A stretch of DNA of 64,000 nt, taken from NCBI GenBank assembly GCA_030066755.1, contig JASJAX010000006.1, positions 10,583-74,582 on the forward strand. Direction: 5' to 3'. The position numbers and the translations under genes were made by a program. Position 1 is the first letter of the stretch, and each line of letters opens with the position of its first letter. Origin of the DNA: Acidimicrobiia bacterium (GTDB lineage Bacteria; Actinomycetota; Acidimicrobiia; Spongiisociales; UBA5794). Positions 1 through 9,714 of this stretch are shown here, in pieces. A model generated the notes under the pieces. The model was not told where the DNA came from. It saw nothing but the letters and a program-made list of their open reading frames with translations, and ran no database searches.

Positions 1-134
1 TGATGCTCACGTTCTTCAACGGCGTCACGCTGCTGATCATCTCGATGTTGGGTGAGTATCTGGTGCGCCTTCTCAATCAGTCCAGCCAGACGTACGGGTA
101 TCACATCCGCACCATCGTTGGCGGCGATGGCTGA
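1..134 (+). CDS. glycosyltransferase family 2, C-terminal fragment (5' end outside window)
   Basis: Frame 3 reads ...FFNGVTLLIISMLGEYLVRLLNQSSQTYGYH...* The hydrophobic tail with a GEYLxR motif is typical of GtrB/DPM1-like GT2 enzymes. The stop TGA at 132-134 overlaps the next ATG (ATGGCTGA). Confidence 0.45.
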   Translation, partial: MLTFFNGVTLLIISMLGEYLVRLLNQSSQTYGYHIRTIVGGDG

Positions 135-903
135 ACACTTCTTCGTCGTCGGGGCCCAACGTTCCGGCACGACCTACCTGCACCGCGTTCTCGACGAGCA
201 CCCCGGGATCGCAATGGCTCGGCCGGTCTGGCCGGAGCCGAAGTTCTTCTTCGACGACGATCAGTACCGGCGGGGTCTCGACTGGTACGAGCAGGAGTAC
301 TTCGGACACGCCGAGCCCGGGCAGCTGCGCGGCGAGAAGAGCGTCGGCTACTTGGAGTCGACGGTTGCCGCCGACCGGATCGCGGCGTCGATCCCGAATG
401 CATCGATCCTCGCCATTCTGCGGAACCCGGTCGATCGGGCCGTGTCCAACTACCGGTTCTCGTCCGACAACGGCCTCGAAACTCTGTCGGTCGAGGAGGC
501 GCTCACGTGCGACGAGGACGCTCGAGTGGTTCAGGACGGTGAGTGGTTCCTGGTCGGCGAACGCCGGATCGGCGCCAACCCGTTCGCATACCGGAAGCGG
601 GGTCGGTACGTCGATGATCTCCAGCGATACGTCGAACGTTTCGGTCGGGAGCGACTGCACGTGATGGTCTTCGAGGAGACGGTCGGATCCGGCGATGCCA
701 TCGCCCAGCTCTACAGCTTCCTCGGACTCGATGCCGGATTCGTGCCGCCGACGCTGAACGCGGTCGTCAACGCCGCCGACGGGGCTCACGACCCGCTGAG
801 CCCGTCGTTGCGGCATGACCTCGAGGCGTACTTCGCCCCCTGGAACGCTGCGCTTTCGGAGGCGTTCAACCTCGATCTCACGGCTTGGGCGCCGGGCGGC
901 TGA
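127..903 (+). CDS. sulfotransferase family protein
   Basis: N-terminus MAEHFFVVGAQRSGTTYL matches the PAPS 5'-phosphosulfate-binding loop (xxRSGTT). Length is about 258 aa. It is coupled to the upstream GT2 gene by an 8-nt overlap. Confidence 0.75.
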   Translation: MAEHFFVVGAQRSGTTYLHRVLDEHPGIAMARPVWPEPKFFFDDDQYRRGLDWYEQEYFGHAEPGQLRGEKSVGYLESTVAADRIAASIPNASILAILRNPVDRAVSNYRFSSDNGLETLSVEEALTCDEDARVVQDGEWFLVGERRIGANPFAYRKRGRYVDDLQRYVERFGRERLHVMVFEETVGSGDAIAQLYSFLGLDAGFVPPTLNAVVNAADGAHDPLSPSLRHDLEAYFAPWNAALSEAFNLDLTAWAPGG

Positions 904-2152
904 TAGCCGACACCGACGTGCCCGAGGACGGCCGCAGCAGCATTGCCGCCATGGCCGCGACCGCGACCAACTCGGCCCCGACGAAGGCCGCCACGACGCG
1001 GGTGATCTCGGTGCCGGGCCAGACGATGAGTTGGACCAGCCCGACAACGAGCCCGATCACCCACGATCCCTGAATGGCTCGGGTCCTGCCCTGCGCGAGC
1101 AGGATCAGGATCAGGCCGAGCCCGCCCAATGCCACGGTGCTTCCCGCCGCGATGGTGGCAACGACGGTCGCCTCACTCGGCGTCGCCGGAGCGAACACGA
1201 CGTCGATCACCCACGGCCCCAGCGCATAGCCGACGACTCCGGCAACGACCGCAACCGCAGCGGTGGCCGCGCTGATGATCGTGGCGACACGTCGCAGACC
1301 GGCCGAGTCGTCGGCGACGACCATCGCGGTCAACGGAGCGGTGAGACGCGTCGCAACCCCCAACGCAAGGAGATACGGGGCACGAAACAGCGCCAGGCTC
1401 AGGAACAGCGCCGTGACGGCCTCCTCAGCGCCCCCAATCGCCTGGAGCACCACGGGTCCCGCGTTGAGAATGACCTGGGCGATGAGGATGCCTCCGGCGA
1501 GGCCACCGAGGAACGCAAAGACGGGTTGACGGACTCCGCTCCGAATGGGAAGACGCAGCGTTTCCGGCCAGAAGACGGCGACGAGCGGCCCCAAGGCCAG
1601 GGTCGCCGCGAACCACAGAACTGAATCGACGGTGACGGCGACCACGATCCCGGCACCAAGGCGAAGCAGGTTCTCCGCAGCGATATTCGCTGCGGTTGCG
1701 TAGTACCGCTCGAGACCCGACAGCACACCCCGTTGCAGACCTGCGAAAGCGGATCCGACCGTGATCAGGAAGACCAGGAGCGGCCAGCCGACGCCGGTGG
1801 ATCCGAAGAGGCGATCCGACGCCAGCCACGCCCCTCCGGCCAAGAGCACGGCCGCTCCGACCACGACCGCAGCGAGCCGGGGCACGGCACCGCCGACGCC
1901 GCTGGTCGATCCGTCGATCGCGATGCGGCGGATCGCCCAGTGCTGCAGCGGGAACATGAACAACGCCACGGAGATCGCCCAGAAGGTCCACAGCACGGCG
2001 ACGGGCGCCATCTCGACCTCGCCGTACGTCCGCGTCCCGATCGCGATGTAGAGGTACGCCGCGATGCCGTTCACGGCCGTGCCGACCGCAATGGCACCCG
2101 ACTCGGCGAGGGGCCGGATTCGCGAGTCGGCTCGGGACGGACGGTCGGACAT
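878..2152 (-). CDS. polysaccharide biosynthesis / oligosaccharide flippase-like membrane protein (MOP/Wzx-like)
   Basis: About 425 aa with 10-12 predicted TM helices, rich in Ala/Gly/Leu/Val. The start ATG (MSDRPSRAD...) is followed by hydrophobic helices. The 3' end overlaps the convergent sulfotransferase gene by about 26 nt. Confidence 0.55.
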   Translation of the reverse strand: MSDRPSRADSRIRPLAESGAIAVGTAVNGIAAYLYIAIGTRTYGEVEMAPVAVLWTFWAISVALFMFPLQHWAIRRIAIDGSTSGVGGAVPRLAAVVVGAAVLLAGGAWLASDRLFGSTGVGWPLLVFLITVGSAFAGLQRGVLSGLERYYATAANIAAENLLRLGAGIVVAVTVDSVLWFAATLALGPLVAVFWPETLRLPIRSGVRQPVFAFLGGLAGGILIAQVILNAGPVVLQAIGGAEEAVTALFLSLALFRAPYLLALGVATRLTAPLTAMVVADDSAGLRRVATIISAATAAVAVVAGVVGYALGPWVIDVVFAPATPSEATVVATIAAGSTVALGGLGLILILLAQGRTRAIQGSWVIGLVVGLVQLIVWPGTEITRVVAAFVGAELVAVAAMAAMLLRPSSGTSVSAISRPAPKP

Positions 2153-2239
2153 GCCTGCGAGTGTACGAGCGAACGACCCGGCGACACGGACCAGAGGGCC
2201 CCTCCGGGCGCAGCGGTAGAGTGCCTCGAGTCGAGTCGG

Positions 2240-3022
2240 GTGGTGGAAGTGACGTTCGAGGAAACCGTGGCGGCGTATCGGTCGACCCTGGGTCAGCTCG
2301 GACTCGACGACCCGGGGCAGGTTCCTGCCGAGGCTGCGGTTGAGTCGGTGCGCGATTGGTCGCTCTTCGGCGATCTCGAGGACGTTCGCGCCTGGTTCCT
2401 CGGCCAGCGCTCGGCGAACCCGATGACTGTCACACGGATCCCGGTCGACCAATGCCGCGGTTGGGAAGTCGAGGAGGGCACGGGCTATCTCCGGCACGAG
2501 TCGGGGGAGTTCTTCGTTGTCGAGACGATCGAGGTTTCCATGTCGGAGAGCCGCGAGGTCGGTGCCGCCGGATGGTGCCAGCCGGTCATGACCCAGGTTG
2601 GCGACGATGGAGGCATCCTCGGGCTGCCCCGACGACGATTCGACGGGATCCCGCATTACCTCGTGCAGGCCAAGGCAGAGCCCGGCAACTACGAATTGGT
2701 ATCGCTCAGCCCGGCCGTGCAAGCGACGTTCAGCAACCTTCGACGGGCTCACGGCGGGCGACTTCCCACGTTTGCCGGCTGGTTCTACCCCGAGGTGGCC
2801 GATGGCTGCGAAGTCGTGGCGCAGGCCTGGCTGTCGGAAGATGGCGGCCGGCTGTTCAACAAGCGGAATCTCGGCATCGTGGTCGAACTCCCGCCGGACG
2901 AACCGATCGAGCTGCCGGACGGGTTCCGCTGGCTGTCGATGTGGCAGATCAAACAGCTCTTCCGAGAAGATGCCTGGGTGAACCCACACCTCTTCCGGCT
3001 GATCTCCATGGTGGGCGCCTGA
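2240..3022 (+). CDS. NDP-hexose 2,3-dehydratase family protein (single domain, half-size)
   Basis: The motif HYLVQAKAEPGNYELVSLSPAVQATFSNL matches the hallmark hFLvQAkvEPGN..elaPTVQ.T.SN of the EvaA/TylX3 hexose 2,3-dehydratase domain. Only one domain is present (about 260 aa). Three GTG codons at 2240, 2243 and 2249 are candidate starts, so the start is uncertain. The upstream part of the long ORF (1733-2239) is low-complexity Arg/Asp-rich and is antisense to the flippase gene. Confidence 0.6.
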   Translation: MVEVTFEETVAAYRSTLGQLGLDDPGQVPAEAAVESVRDWSLFGDLEDVRAWFLGQRSANPMTVTRIPVDQCRGWEVEEGTGYLRHESGEFFVVETIEVSMSESREVGAAGWCQPVMTQVGDDGGILGLPRRRFDGIPHYLVQAKAEPGNYELVSLSPAVQATFSNLRRAHGGRLPTFAGWFYPEVADGCEVVAQAWLSEDGGRLFNKRNLGIVVELPPDEPIELPDGFRWLSMWQIKQLFREDAWVNPHLFRLISMVGA

Positions 3023-3996
3023 TGGCTCCCGAACCGTTGCGTTTGGCCCTCGTCGGCCTCGGCCGCCATGCATTGAAGACGGTCCTCCCTGCGGTGGCGG
3101 CCGCCGAGGGTTGGTCGTTGGCGGCCGTGGTGTCGTCACGGCCCGAGGCGGCCTCCGAGATCGGATCGGAGCATGGTGTGGCCTATTTCACGGATCTCGA
3201 CGACGCACTCGAATCCGAGCGGCCCGATGCCGTCTACGTGGCGACCACCCCGGCCGATCACCTCGCACCGTGCGCCACCGCGTTGGACGCCGGGGTCCCG
3301 GTGGTGATCTGTGAGAAGCCGCTGGCGGTACTCGGTGACGATGCGAACCGACTCATCGCTGCGGCCCGTGGGGCGTCGAGCGTGCTTGTCGAAGTGATGG
3401 CCTACCAACACCATCCCCAGTTCCGGGCCGTCGAGGAACTGATCGGTAGTGACGAGGTCGGCGATCTCGTTCACGGGTACGCCCGGTTCTCCTTTCCGCA
3501 TCTCGGTGCCGACGACTTTCGCTACCGCGCCGCTGCCGGTGGCGGAGCACTTCTCGACGCCGGCGTGTACCCGCTGTCGATGGCCGTCCGCCTGCTGGGT
3601 TCGGCCGAGGTCGAGGTGAACGGGTCGGTCTTCCAGGGGGGCGGAGAGGTCGATATCGCCGGAACGGCGACGCTCACCGACGGTGCCGGTCGGTCCTTCC
3701 AATGCTCCTGGGGCATGGGATCTGCCTACGCCAACCTCGCTCGACTGGTCGGCACGGCCGGCACGATCGAGGTCGCTCGGCCGTTCTCGAAGCCGCCGTC
3801 TTTCGACGAACCACTGACGCTCATCGACGGCTGGGGCGGCCGCACCGAACGCCCCTACGCGGCAACCGACCAGTTCGCCGCCATGCTGGACGACATTGCA
3901 CGGCATCGACACGATGCTGCCTGGGTCGAGACGACGCATCGTGAGACGGAGGCACGGTGGGCGGTCATCGACGCGGTGCGCCGGTCTGCCGGTTGA
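3022..3996 (+). CDS. Gfo/Idh/MocA family oxidoreductase (NDP-sugar 3-ketoreductase-like)
   Basis: N-terminal Rossmann motif LALVGLGRHALKTVLPAV, and an EKPLA motif. The start ATG overlaps the upstream stop (TGATG). In deoxysugar pathways a Gfo/Idh/MocA 3-ketoreductase normally follows the 2,3-dehydratase. Confidence 0.75.
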   Translation: MAPEPLRLALVGLGRHALKTVLPAVAAAEGWSLAAVVSSRPEAASEIGSEHGVAYFTDLDDALESERPDAVYVATTPADHLAPCATALDAGVPVVICEKPLAVLGDDANRLIAAARGASSVLVEVMAYQHHPQFRAVEELIGSDEVGDLVHGYARFSFPHLGADDFRYRAAAGGGALLDAGVYPLSMAVRLLGSAEVEVNGSVFQGGGEVDIAGTATLTDGAGRSFQCSWGMGSAYANLARLVGTAGTIEVARPFSKPPSFDEPLTLIDGWGGRTERPYAATDQFAAMLDDIARHRHDAAWVETTHRETEARWAVIDAVRRSAG

Positions 3997-4014
3997 TCGG
4001 TCGCCTACCGCGAG

Positions 4015-5154
4015 TCAGTCGGACAGCCAGTCGACGATGACGGCGGCGACACGATCGGCATCTCCTGCGGTCATCCCGGTGTGGATGGGCAGGCGCAGCA
4101 CGCACTCCGCCCAACGATCGGTCTCCGGCAAGTCTCGTGAGTATCCGTGCGCCTCGCCGTAGGGCGACGAGTGCAGCGGCACGTAGCCGATGTACGCGTC
4201 GATCGCAGCGGACTTGAGGGTGATGCGGAGATCCTCAGCCGACTCCGGGCTCGCCAGCCGCACGTAGAACGCGTGGTGGTTGTTGCGGGCATCGGGACGC
4301 CACCGTTGGGTGAACAGTCCGGCGTCTTCACGGCCGAAGAGCATCGCCGCATATCGGTCCCACAACTCGCGCCGATGGGCGACGACTTCGTCGTAGTCCT
4401 CCAATCCGGCCAGCAGCAACGCCGCCTGCAGCTCCGTCGACTGGAAGCTCGATCCGACTTCGACCCATGAGTACTTGTCGACCAGGCCGCGCAACATCGC
4501 CTGCCGATTTGTGCCCCGTTCCCAGATGTAGGTAGTCCGATCGGCCAGCTCCGGATCGTTGATGTACAGGGCGCCGCCCATGGAGCTGTGGATGTTCTTG
4601 GTGAAATGAAACGACACCGCCGCCAGCGTTCCGAACGTCCCGGCATGACGATCCCCGATCGTCGATCCCAACGACTGGGCTGCGTCCTCGACGACCCAGA
4701 CGCCACGGTCCTCCGCCCATTCGGTGATGGCGTCGACCTCTCCGGGATTGCCGGCGTAGTGAACGGGGACCACCACGGCGTTCGCTGGTGCGTCCGTTGC
4801 GACGAACTCCGCCAGCCCGGGGCTCATCGTCTGCGGGTCGACGTCGATGAACTGGACGTCGTAGCCGGCTCTGATGAAGGCGTTCGCCGTCGAGGAGAAC
4901 GTATACGAGGGCATGAAGACCTGGTCTGCCCCGTGCACGGCTTGCAACACCATGGCCGCCATCTCGAGGGCCGCCGTCGCCGAGTGGGTGATCAACACCC
5001 GGCCGGCCCCGGTCATCGCCTCGAGCGTCTCGGCACAGCGTTGCGTGAACCGACCGTTGACATTCTGGTTGGCGTCGAGTGCCTCGAGGACGTAGCCCGG
5101 CGCGGCCGCCGGCGTATGGGCGACGTGGAATCGGATCGGATGTGACGCCGCCAT
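4015..5154 (-). CDS. DegT/DnrJ/EryC1/StrS family sugar aminotransferase (PLP-dependent)
   Basis: Typical family layout: RFTQRCAETLEAMTG..., a SxHxxK-like lysine region (VSFHFTKNI), and a length of 380 aa. Confidence 0.8.
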   Translation of the reverse strand: MAASHPIRFHVAHTPAAAPGYVLEALDANQNVNGRFTQRCAETLEAMTGAGRVLITHSATAALEMAAMVLQAVHGADQVFMPSYTFSSTANAFIRAGYDVQFIDVDPQTMSPGLAEFVATDAPANAVVVPVHYAGNPGEVDAITEWAEDRGVWVVEDAAQSLGSTIGDRHAGTFGTLAAVSFHFTKNIHSSMGGALYINDPELADRTTYIWERGTNRQAMLRGLVDKYSWVEVGSSFQSTELQAALLLAGLEDYDEVVAHRRELWDRYAAMLFGREDAGLFTQRWRPDARNNHHAFYVRLASPESAEDLRITLKSAAIDAYIGYVPLHSSPYGEAHGYSRDLPETDRWAECVLRLPIHTGMTAGDADRVAAVIVDWLSD

Positions 5155-5343
5155 TGTGTTCCCAGGCTCGATTCCCGGCGGCATCCGCCGGCGGGTTTTG
5201 CGCAGGATACCGACTCGACTTGAGGGCACCAGCTGCTGGATCTCGTTGCTGCGGCTGCCGCGATAATGGCGCTCGCAATCTCGGTGGTGGATCACGTCGA
5301 ACGTTTGGGGGGTCCAGCCGCCATGGTGCGGAGACACTGGAAA

Positions 5344-7004
5344 TGAGCACAGACACGGCGCGACCACGGTTCACCCCTGAGCCGCGTCCGCCGTACCCCC
5401 GGTTCCGCTTCGAACGGTCGGTAGTTGCGCTCGTGGTCGTCGTCGGCGCCGTGATTGTTGCGATCTGGAGCCGGAACGTCTGGTTCTACAGCGACGTGTG
5501 GGACTTCCTCGCCTTGCGTCGCGTCACCGACGTCGAGAGCATCCTTCGACCGCACTTCGGCCATTGGCAGGTACCGGCCGCGCTGCAGACCCGTTTGCTG
5601 TACGCCATTGCGGGCATGGAGTTCTGGCCCGTTCACTATCTGCCCCGGGCGATCGCGTGGGGCGGCATGTCCGTGTTCTCCTGGTGGGTCATGCGAAGAA
5701 GGGGTGCGCACCCGGCGGCCGCCCTCGGTGCAGTCGCCGTGATCACGGTCTTTGCCGGCAGTTACTACTTCCAGGCCGCCCACATCGGTGCGCTACTGGC
5801 GATCGCATCCGCGATCGGTGCCGCCATGATCATCGATGCCCGCCCTGAGCCTGCCCGGCGCGATCTCCTGGCGGTCTATGCACTCATGCAGCTCGCGGTC
5901 ATGTCGGCCGGTATCGGTGTGTCGTCGCTTCTCGGCATGGGTCTCGGGTTGCTGATCGTGCGCCGGTTGGGTCGTTGGTTCTGGCCGCTGTTTGCCGCAG
6001 GTGCCAGCTATGCAATCTGGTTTCTCGCGTTCGACGTGCTGAACGAGAGTGCCGCTCAGGCCGCCAGAACGCCGCTCGAGGTGCCGGGCGCAGTCGTCGT
6101 CAACGTCCGGAACCTCCTGGTCAACATCACCGGCCTCCCCAGCTTGCTGGGGTGGCCACTCTTCGTGCTGGCCGTCGGTGCAGGGGTTTGGCTGATAGCG
6201 AAACGCCGGCTCTCGGTCTTCGACGTCGTGCTCCTGGCGAGCGCCTTCGTCTACCTCGTGCTGGTGTCGCGGACACGAGCCAACGTGGAACGCGGCGCCG
6301 TGGCGACCAATGTGGCGCTGTTGCTCGCGCCCTTCATCGTGTCCCACATCGTGTTGATCAAACGGCGGGTGGTGGTCGCAGTCGGAGTGCTGTTCGCAGC
6401 GCTCGTGGTGTCGCACGGAGTTCGGCTCGAGGCCGATATCGACGAGCGGGTCGCCACCATCAACGAGAGTCGAGCAACCGTTGAGTCGATGGCAGCGCTC
6501 ATCGATCGGGGCGACGCCTACGTGCCGGAGCTCAAACTCACCGACCTGACGTCGAGCTCTCAGCTGACGCTGGCTGGAGTCGATCGGCTCGTGCGGGAAG
6601 GTTGGGATCCCGGCCCGCCCGTCGAGGAGTCGTCGGCGTTGGTTCGACTGCGCGTCTCGCTGTTCTCCGAGCCGGCCGCATGGGAATCCACGATCGAAGC
6701 CGTCGCCGGCAAGCACCGCCGCGACGGCTGCATCATTGCCTTCGACGGCGAGCCGGTTGCCGTCAGCATCGATGGCTCGGCGCAACTCGAGATTCGCGCC
6801 GACATGAAGACGAGTGTCATCGTGGACTGGATCGATGGGGACTCGATCGGAACCACGACGTTGACAAAGATCCGCCGTCAGTTCCGCGAGATCTATGTGG
6901 GGAGTCCGGATGGTCTCGCCACCGTCTGGTTCACACCGGTCGAGCCCGTTGGGAAGATCCTGCTCTGCGGGGTCGAGTGGCCCGGCAAACCCAATCGGGG
7001 CTGA
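5344..7004 (+). CDS. polytopic membrane protein with C-terminal soluble domain (possible glycan polymerase / GT-C-like)
   Basis: Starts MSTDTARPRF.... About 10 TM helices are predicted over the first ~400 aa, followed by a ~150 aa hydrophilic tail. It sits in the glycan locus. Its function is inferred from context only. Confidence 0.45.
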
Positions 7005-7022
7005 TCGAGCGCCCCGATCGGC

Positions 7023-7877
7023 TCACCGATCCCGGAGGAAGTCCTCGATTTCGGTGACGAGCTCGTTGCTGAATCGTGGGTCAAGGGTCGGAGAAGGCGT
7101 ATCCGGCGCTTCATCCTCGAGCTCGGTGATGTAGTCGGAGAGCTCGCCGGAATCGGCAAGGGCGGCCTCGACACGTTCGTCGAACTCGTTCGTGATCGCT
7201 TCGAGCTCACTTCGGTCGATGGCAAAATCCGCAACGGTCGCAGCCCGGTCGAGCAGCGCCAGCATCGCCTTCGGATTGGGGTTGGCGGCGAGGTAGTGCG
7301 GCGTCGCCGCCCACAGGCTCACGGCGGGCAGCCCAGCCTCGCGACAGGCCTCCTGGAGTACGCCGATGATGCCGGTCGGGCCCTCGTACGACGTCGGCGC
7401 CAGGCCATGGTCGAACAGGAGGTCCGGGTTGGTCCCGCCGCCGACGATGGGCACCGGCCGGCGGTGGGGAACCTGCCCGATGAACGCTCCGAGCAGGAGC
7501 ACCTCTTCGACGTCGCTCTCGTTGAGCACCTGGGTGATCTGACGGGCGAAGGTCTTCCAGCGAAAGCTCGGCTCCTCGCCGAGGACGACGACCAGGTCGC
7601 GCGACTCGTCCGGGAGGGTCACTGCGTGGAATCGGGTTGTCGGCCATACGAGACGGCGGGTGCCACCATCGGTGATCTCGACGGTCGGGCGATGCTCCTG
7701 GAAGTCGAAGAACTCCTCGGGATCGATGACGGCATACGGCTCCTCGGAGTCGCTCTGACCGAGCAGATAGGTCAAGGCCCCGGTGGCCGCTTCACACGCA
7801 TCGTTCCAACCCTCGAAGGCGATGAGGGCCCGTGGGCGGCGCAGTGATGGGCGGTGAAACCGCCGTATGGGGTCCAT
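7023..7877 (-). CDS. PAC2 family protein (proteasome assembly chaperone 2-like)
   Basis: The N-terminus MDPIRRFHRPSLRRPRALIAFEGWNDACEAATGA matches the actinobacterial PAC2 signature (aFeGWnDAg). Length is about 284 aa. Confidence 0.6.
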   Translation of the reverse strand: MDPIRRFHRPSLRRPRALIAFEGWNDACEAATGALTYLLGQSDSEEPYAVIDPEEFFDFQEHRPTVEITDGGTRRLVWPTTRFHAVTLPDESRDLVVVLGEEPSFRWKTFARQITQVLNESDVEEVLLLGAFIGQVPHRRPVPIVGGGTNPDLLFDHGLAPTSYEGPTGIIGVLQEACREAGLPAVSLWAATPHYLAANPNPKAMLALLDRAATVADFAIDRSELEAITNEFDERVEAALADSGELSDYITELEDEAPDTPSPTLDPRFSNELVTEIEDFLRDR

Positions 7878-7931
7878 GTACTCAGGGTACAGCGGTTGTG
7901 GAGTCCGGTTCTCGGATTCGGCTAAGCCAGG

Positions 7932-8001
7932 CGCCAGTCGCCAGTCGCCAGTCGCCAGCGAGCGCAGCGGCGATCTGACGTCTGAGGTCTGACGTCTGAC
8001 G
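7932..8001. repeat. tandem heptamer repeats (CGCCAGT)x4 and (TCTGACG)x4 in divergent PAC2/hyhB intergenic region
   Basis: Direct reading: cgccagt cgccagt cgccagt cgccagc ... tctgacg tctgagg tctgacg tctgacg. Confidence 0.8.
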
Positions 8002-8104
8002 TCTCCCTGATCTGATCGACGGACTCCGCGGTTGCTGACGAAGGCCCCTATGTCGGGTGTGGGTGCGATCCGTACCTTGGCGGTGGAACGCAGAAGGAGC
8101 CGGT

Positions 8105-9253
8105 GTGCCAGAGACCCTTGTCCTCGACCGGTCGGGATTGGCGTCGATTCTCTCCGAATTGCGCGCTCGCGACTATCTCCTGGTCGGTCCCACGATTCAG
8201 CAGGAGGCGATCGGCTACGGCCCGATCGATTCTCTTGACGACCTTCCACAAGGCTGGACGAACGTCCAATCGCCTGGTGCGTCTCACCTCGAACGACGCG
8301 ACGACGAGCGTCTGTTCGGGTACGTGGTGGGGCCGCACTCGTGGAAGAAGTACCTGATGCCCAACGAGGTGGTGATCTGGAGAGGGGAGCGCACCGACAC
8401 GGGGTTCGAGACGGTTCCGCCGGAGCCGGCTCCGGCCTATGCGCTGTTCGGCGTCCGTCCGTGTGAAGTGGCCGCGATCGCGGTCCAGGACGCCGTCTTC
8501 ATGCCGACCGACCGTGTCTACCGCGAGCGGCGGGAAGCGGCCTTCATCGTCGCCGTGAACTGCACGCAGGCAGGAGCGAATTGCTTCTGCACCTCGATGG
8601 GAACGGGTCCCGCCGTCGGCGAGGACGCGGTCTTCGACATCGCGTTCACCGAAGTCGACCGCAACGGAACCCTCGCCTATCTCGTCGAGGCGGGCTCCGA
8701 CGACGGGGCAGCCGTGCTGCAAACCGTCGTTGGGGCCGAGCCGGCGAGCGATGCAGATCTCGCGATGCTCGAGTCGGTCCTCCAGGAGGCGGCCGCCTCG
8801 GTGACCAAGACGATGGACACCGATGGCATCCACGACCTGATGCTGGCCAATCTGCGCAATGGCTATTGGGAGGACGTCGGCGGACGCTGCCTGGCGTGCA
8901 CGAACTGCACGATGGTGTGCCCGACCTGCTTCTGCAATACGGTCGAGGACACGATGACGCTCGACGGAACGACCGCCGAGCGAACACGCAAGTGGGACTC
9001 GTGCTTCTCGATCGACTTCTCGTACATCCACGGCGGTCCGCTGCGGATGACTCCCGAAGCCCGGTATCGGCAATGGCTGACCCACAAGCTGGCCACCTGG
9101 TTCGACCAGTACGGGACGTCCGGGTGCGTCGGGTGCGGGCGATGTATCACCTGGTGTCCCGTCGGCATCGACCTGACCGCTGAAGTCGCTGCACTTCGGC
9201 GGGTGGATGCACGACAAGGCCTGTCGGTTCCCCTCCCGGAGGTGATGGCATGA
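8105..9253 (+). CDS. hyhB: [NiFe]-hydrogenase group 3b beta subunit (sulfhydrogenase HydB / AsrA-like Fe-S protein)
   Basis: Multiple Cys clusters (CEVAAI..., CTQAGANCFC, CLACTNCTMVCPTCFC, CVGCGRCITWCP). The GTG start is preceded by the SD GAAGGAG at 8093-8099. It is followed by gamma, small and large subunit genes. Confidence 0.8.
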   Translation: MPETLVLDRSGLASILSELRARDYLLVGPTIQQEAIGYGPIDSLDDLPQGWTNVQSPGASHLERRDDERLFGYVVGPHSWKKYLMPNEVVIWRGERTDTGFETVPPEPAPAYALFGVRPCEVAAIAVQDAVFMPTDRVYRERREAAFIVAVNCTQAGANCFCTSMGTGPAVGEDAVFDIAFTEVDRNGTLAYLVEAGSDDGAAVLQTVVGAEPASDADLAMLESVLQEAAASVTKTMDTDGIHDLMLANLRNGYWEDVGGRCLACTNCTMVCPTCFCNTVEDTMTLDGTTAERTRKWDSCFSIDFSYIHGGPLRMTPEARYRQWLTHKLATWFDQYGTSGCVGCGRCITWCPVGIDLTAEVAALRRVDARQGLSVPLPEVMA

Positions 9254-9714
9254 CCACGACCCTCGACCAAGTCCTGGGCGCCCAGGCGTTCTTCGCCGGT
9301 CTCGACGACGAGCACCTGGCGACGCTGGCGTCCGTTGCCGAACCGGTCAGTGTGGCGATCGGGAGGAAGGTCTTCCACGAAGGCGACGTCGCCGACGCCT
9401 GCTACCTGCTGCTCGAGGGCGATGTTGCACTCGAGATGGACATCCCCGGCCGTGGGCCGCATGTCCTCCAGACACTCCATGCGGGCGACATGCTCGGATG
9501 GTCGTGGCTCGTGTCTCCGTTCCGGTACGCATACGACGCCCAAGCTCTCACCGAGGTCAAGGCCATTCGGTTCGATGCGGTCGCGCTTCGCTCCGCAAAG
9601 GACACCGACAAGGTCTTCGGCTACGAACTGATGCAGCGTTTCGCAGAAGTGCTGGTACGGCGGATGCAAGCGGCTCGTCTCCAACTCCTGGATGTCTATG
9701 GCAACGCTCACTGA
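9250..9714 (+). CDS. cyclic nucleotide-binding domain protein
   Basis: 154 aa. The cNMP-binding fold pattern is FFAGLDDEHLATLA...GRKVFHEGDVADACYLLLEGDVAL...LHAGDMLGWSWL. The SD GGAGG lies at 9238-9242. The ATG overlaps the hyhB stop (ATGA). The 3' end overlaps the hyhG start by about 23 nt. Confidence 0.75.
   Translation: MTTTLDQVLGAQAFFAGLDDEHLATLASVAEPVSVAIGRKVFHEGDVADACYLLLEGDVALEMDIPGRGPHVLQTLHAGDMLGWSWLVSPFRYAYDAQALTEVKAIRFDAVALRSAKDTDKVFGYELMQRFAEVLVRRMQAARLQLLDVYGNAH

Noticed and set aside
1733-2239. N-terminal 170 aa of the long + ORF 1733..3022
   Set aside because: Low-complexity Arg/Asp/Gly-rich translation. It is antisense to a convincing polytopic membrane protein gene (878-2152). 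The real dehydratase-like gene starts near 2240.
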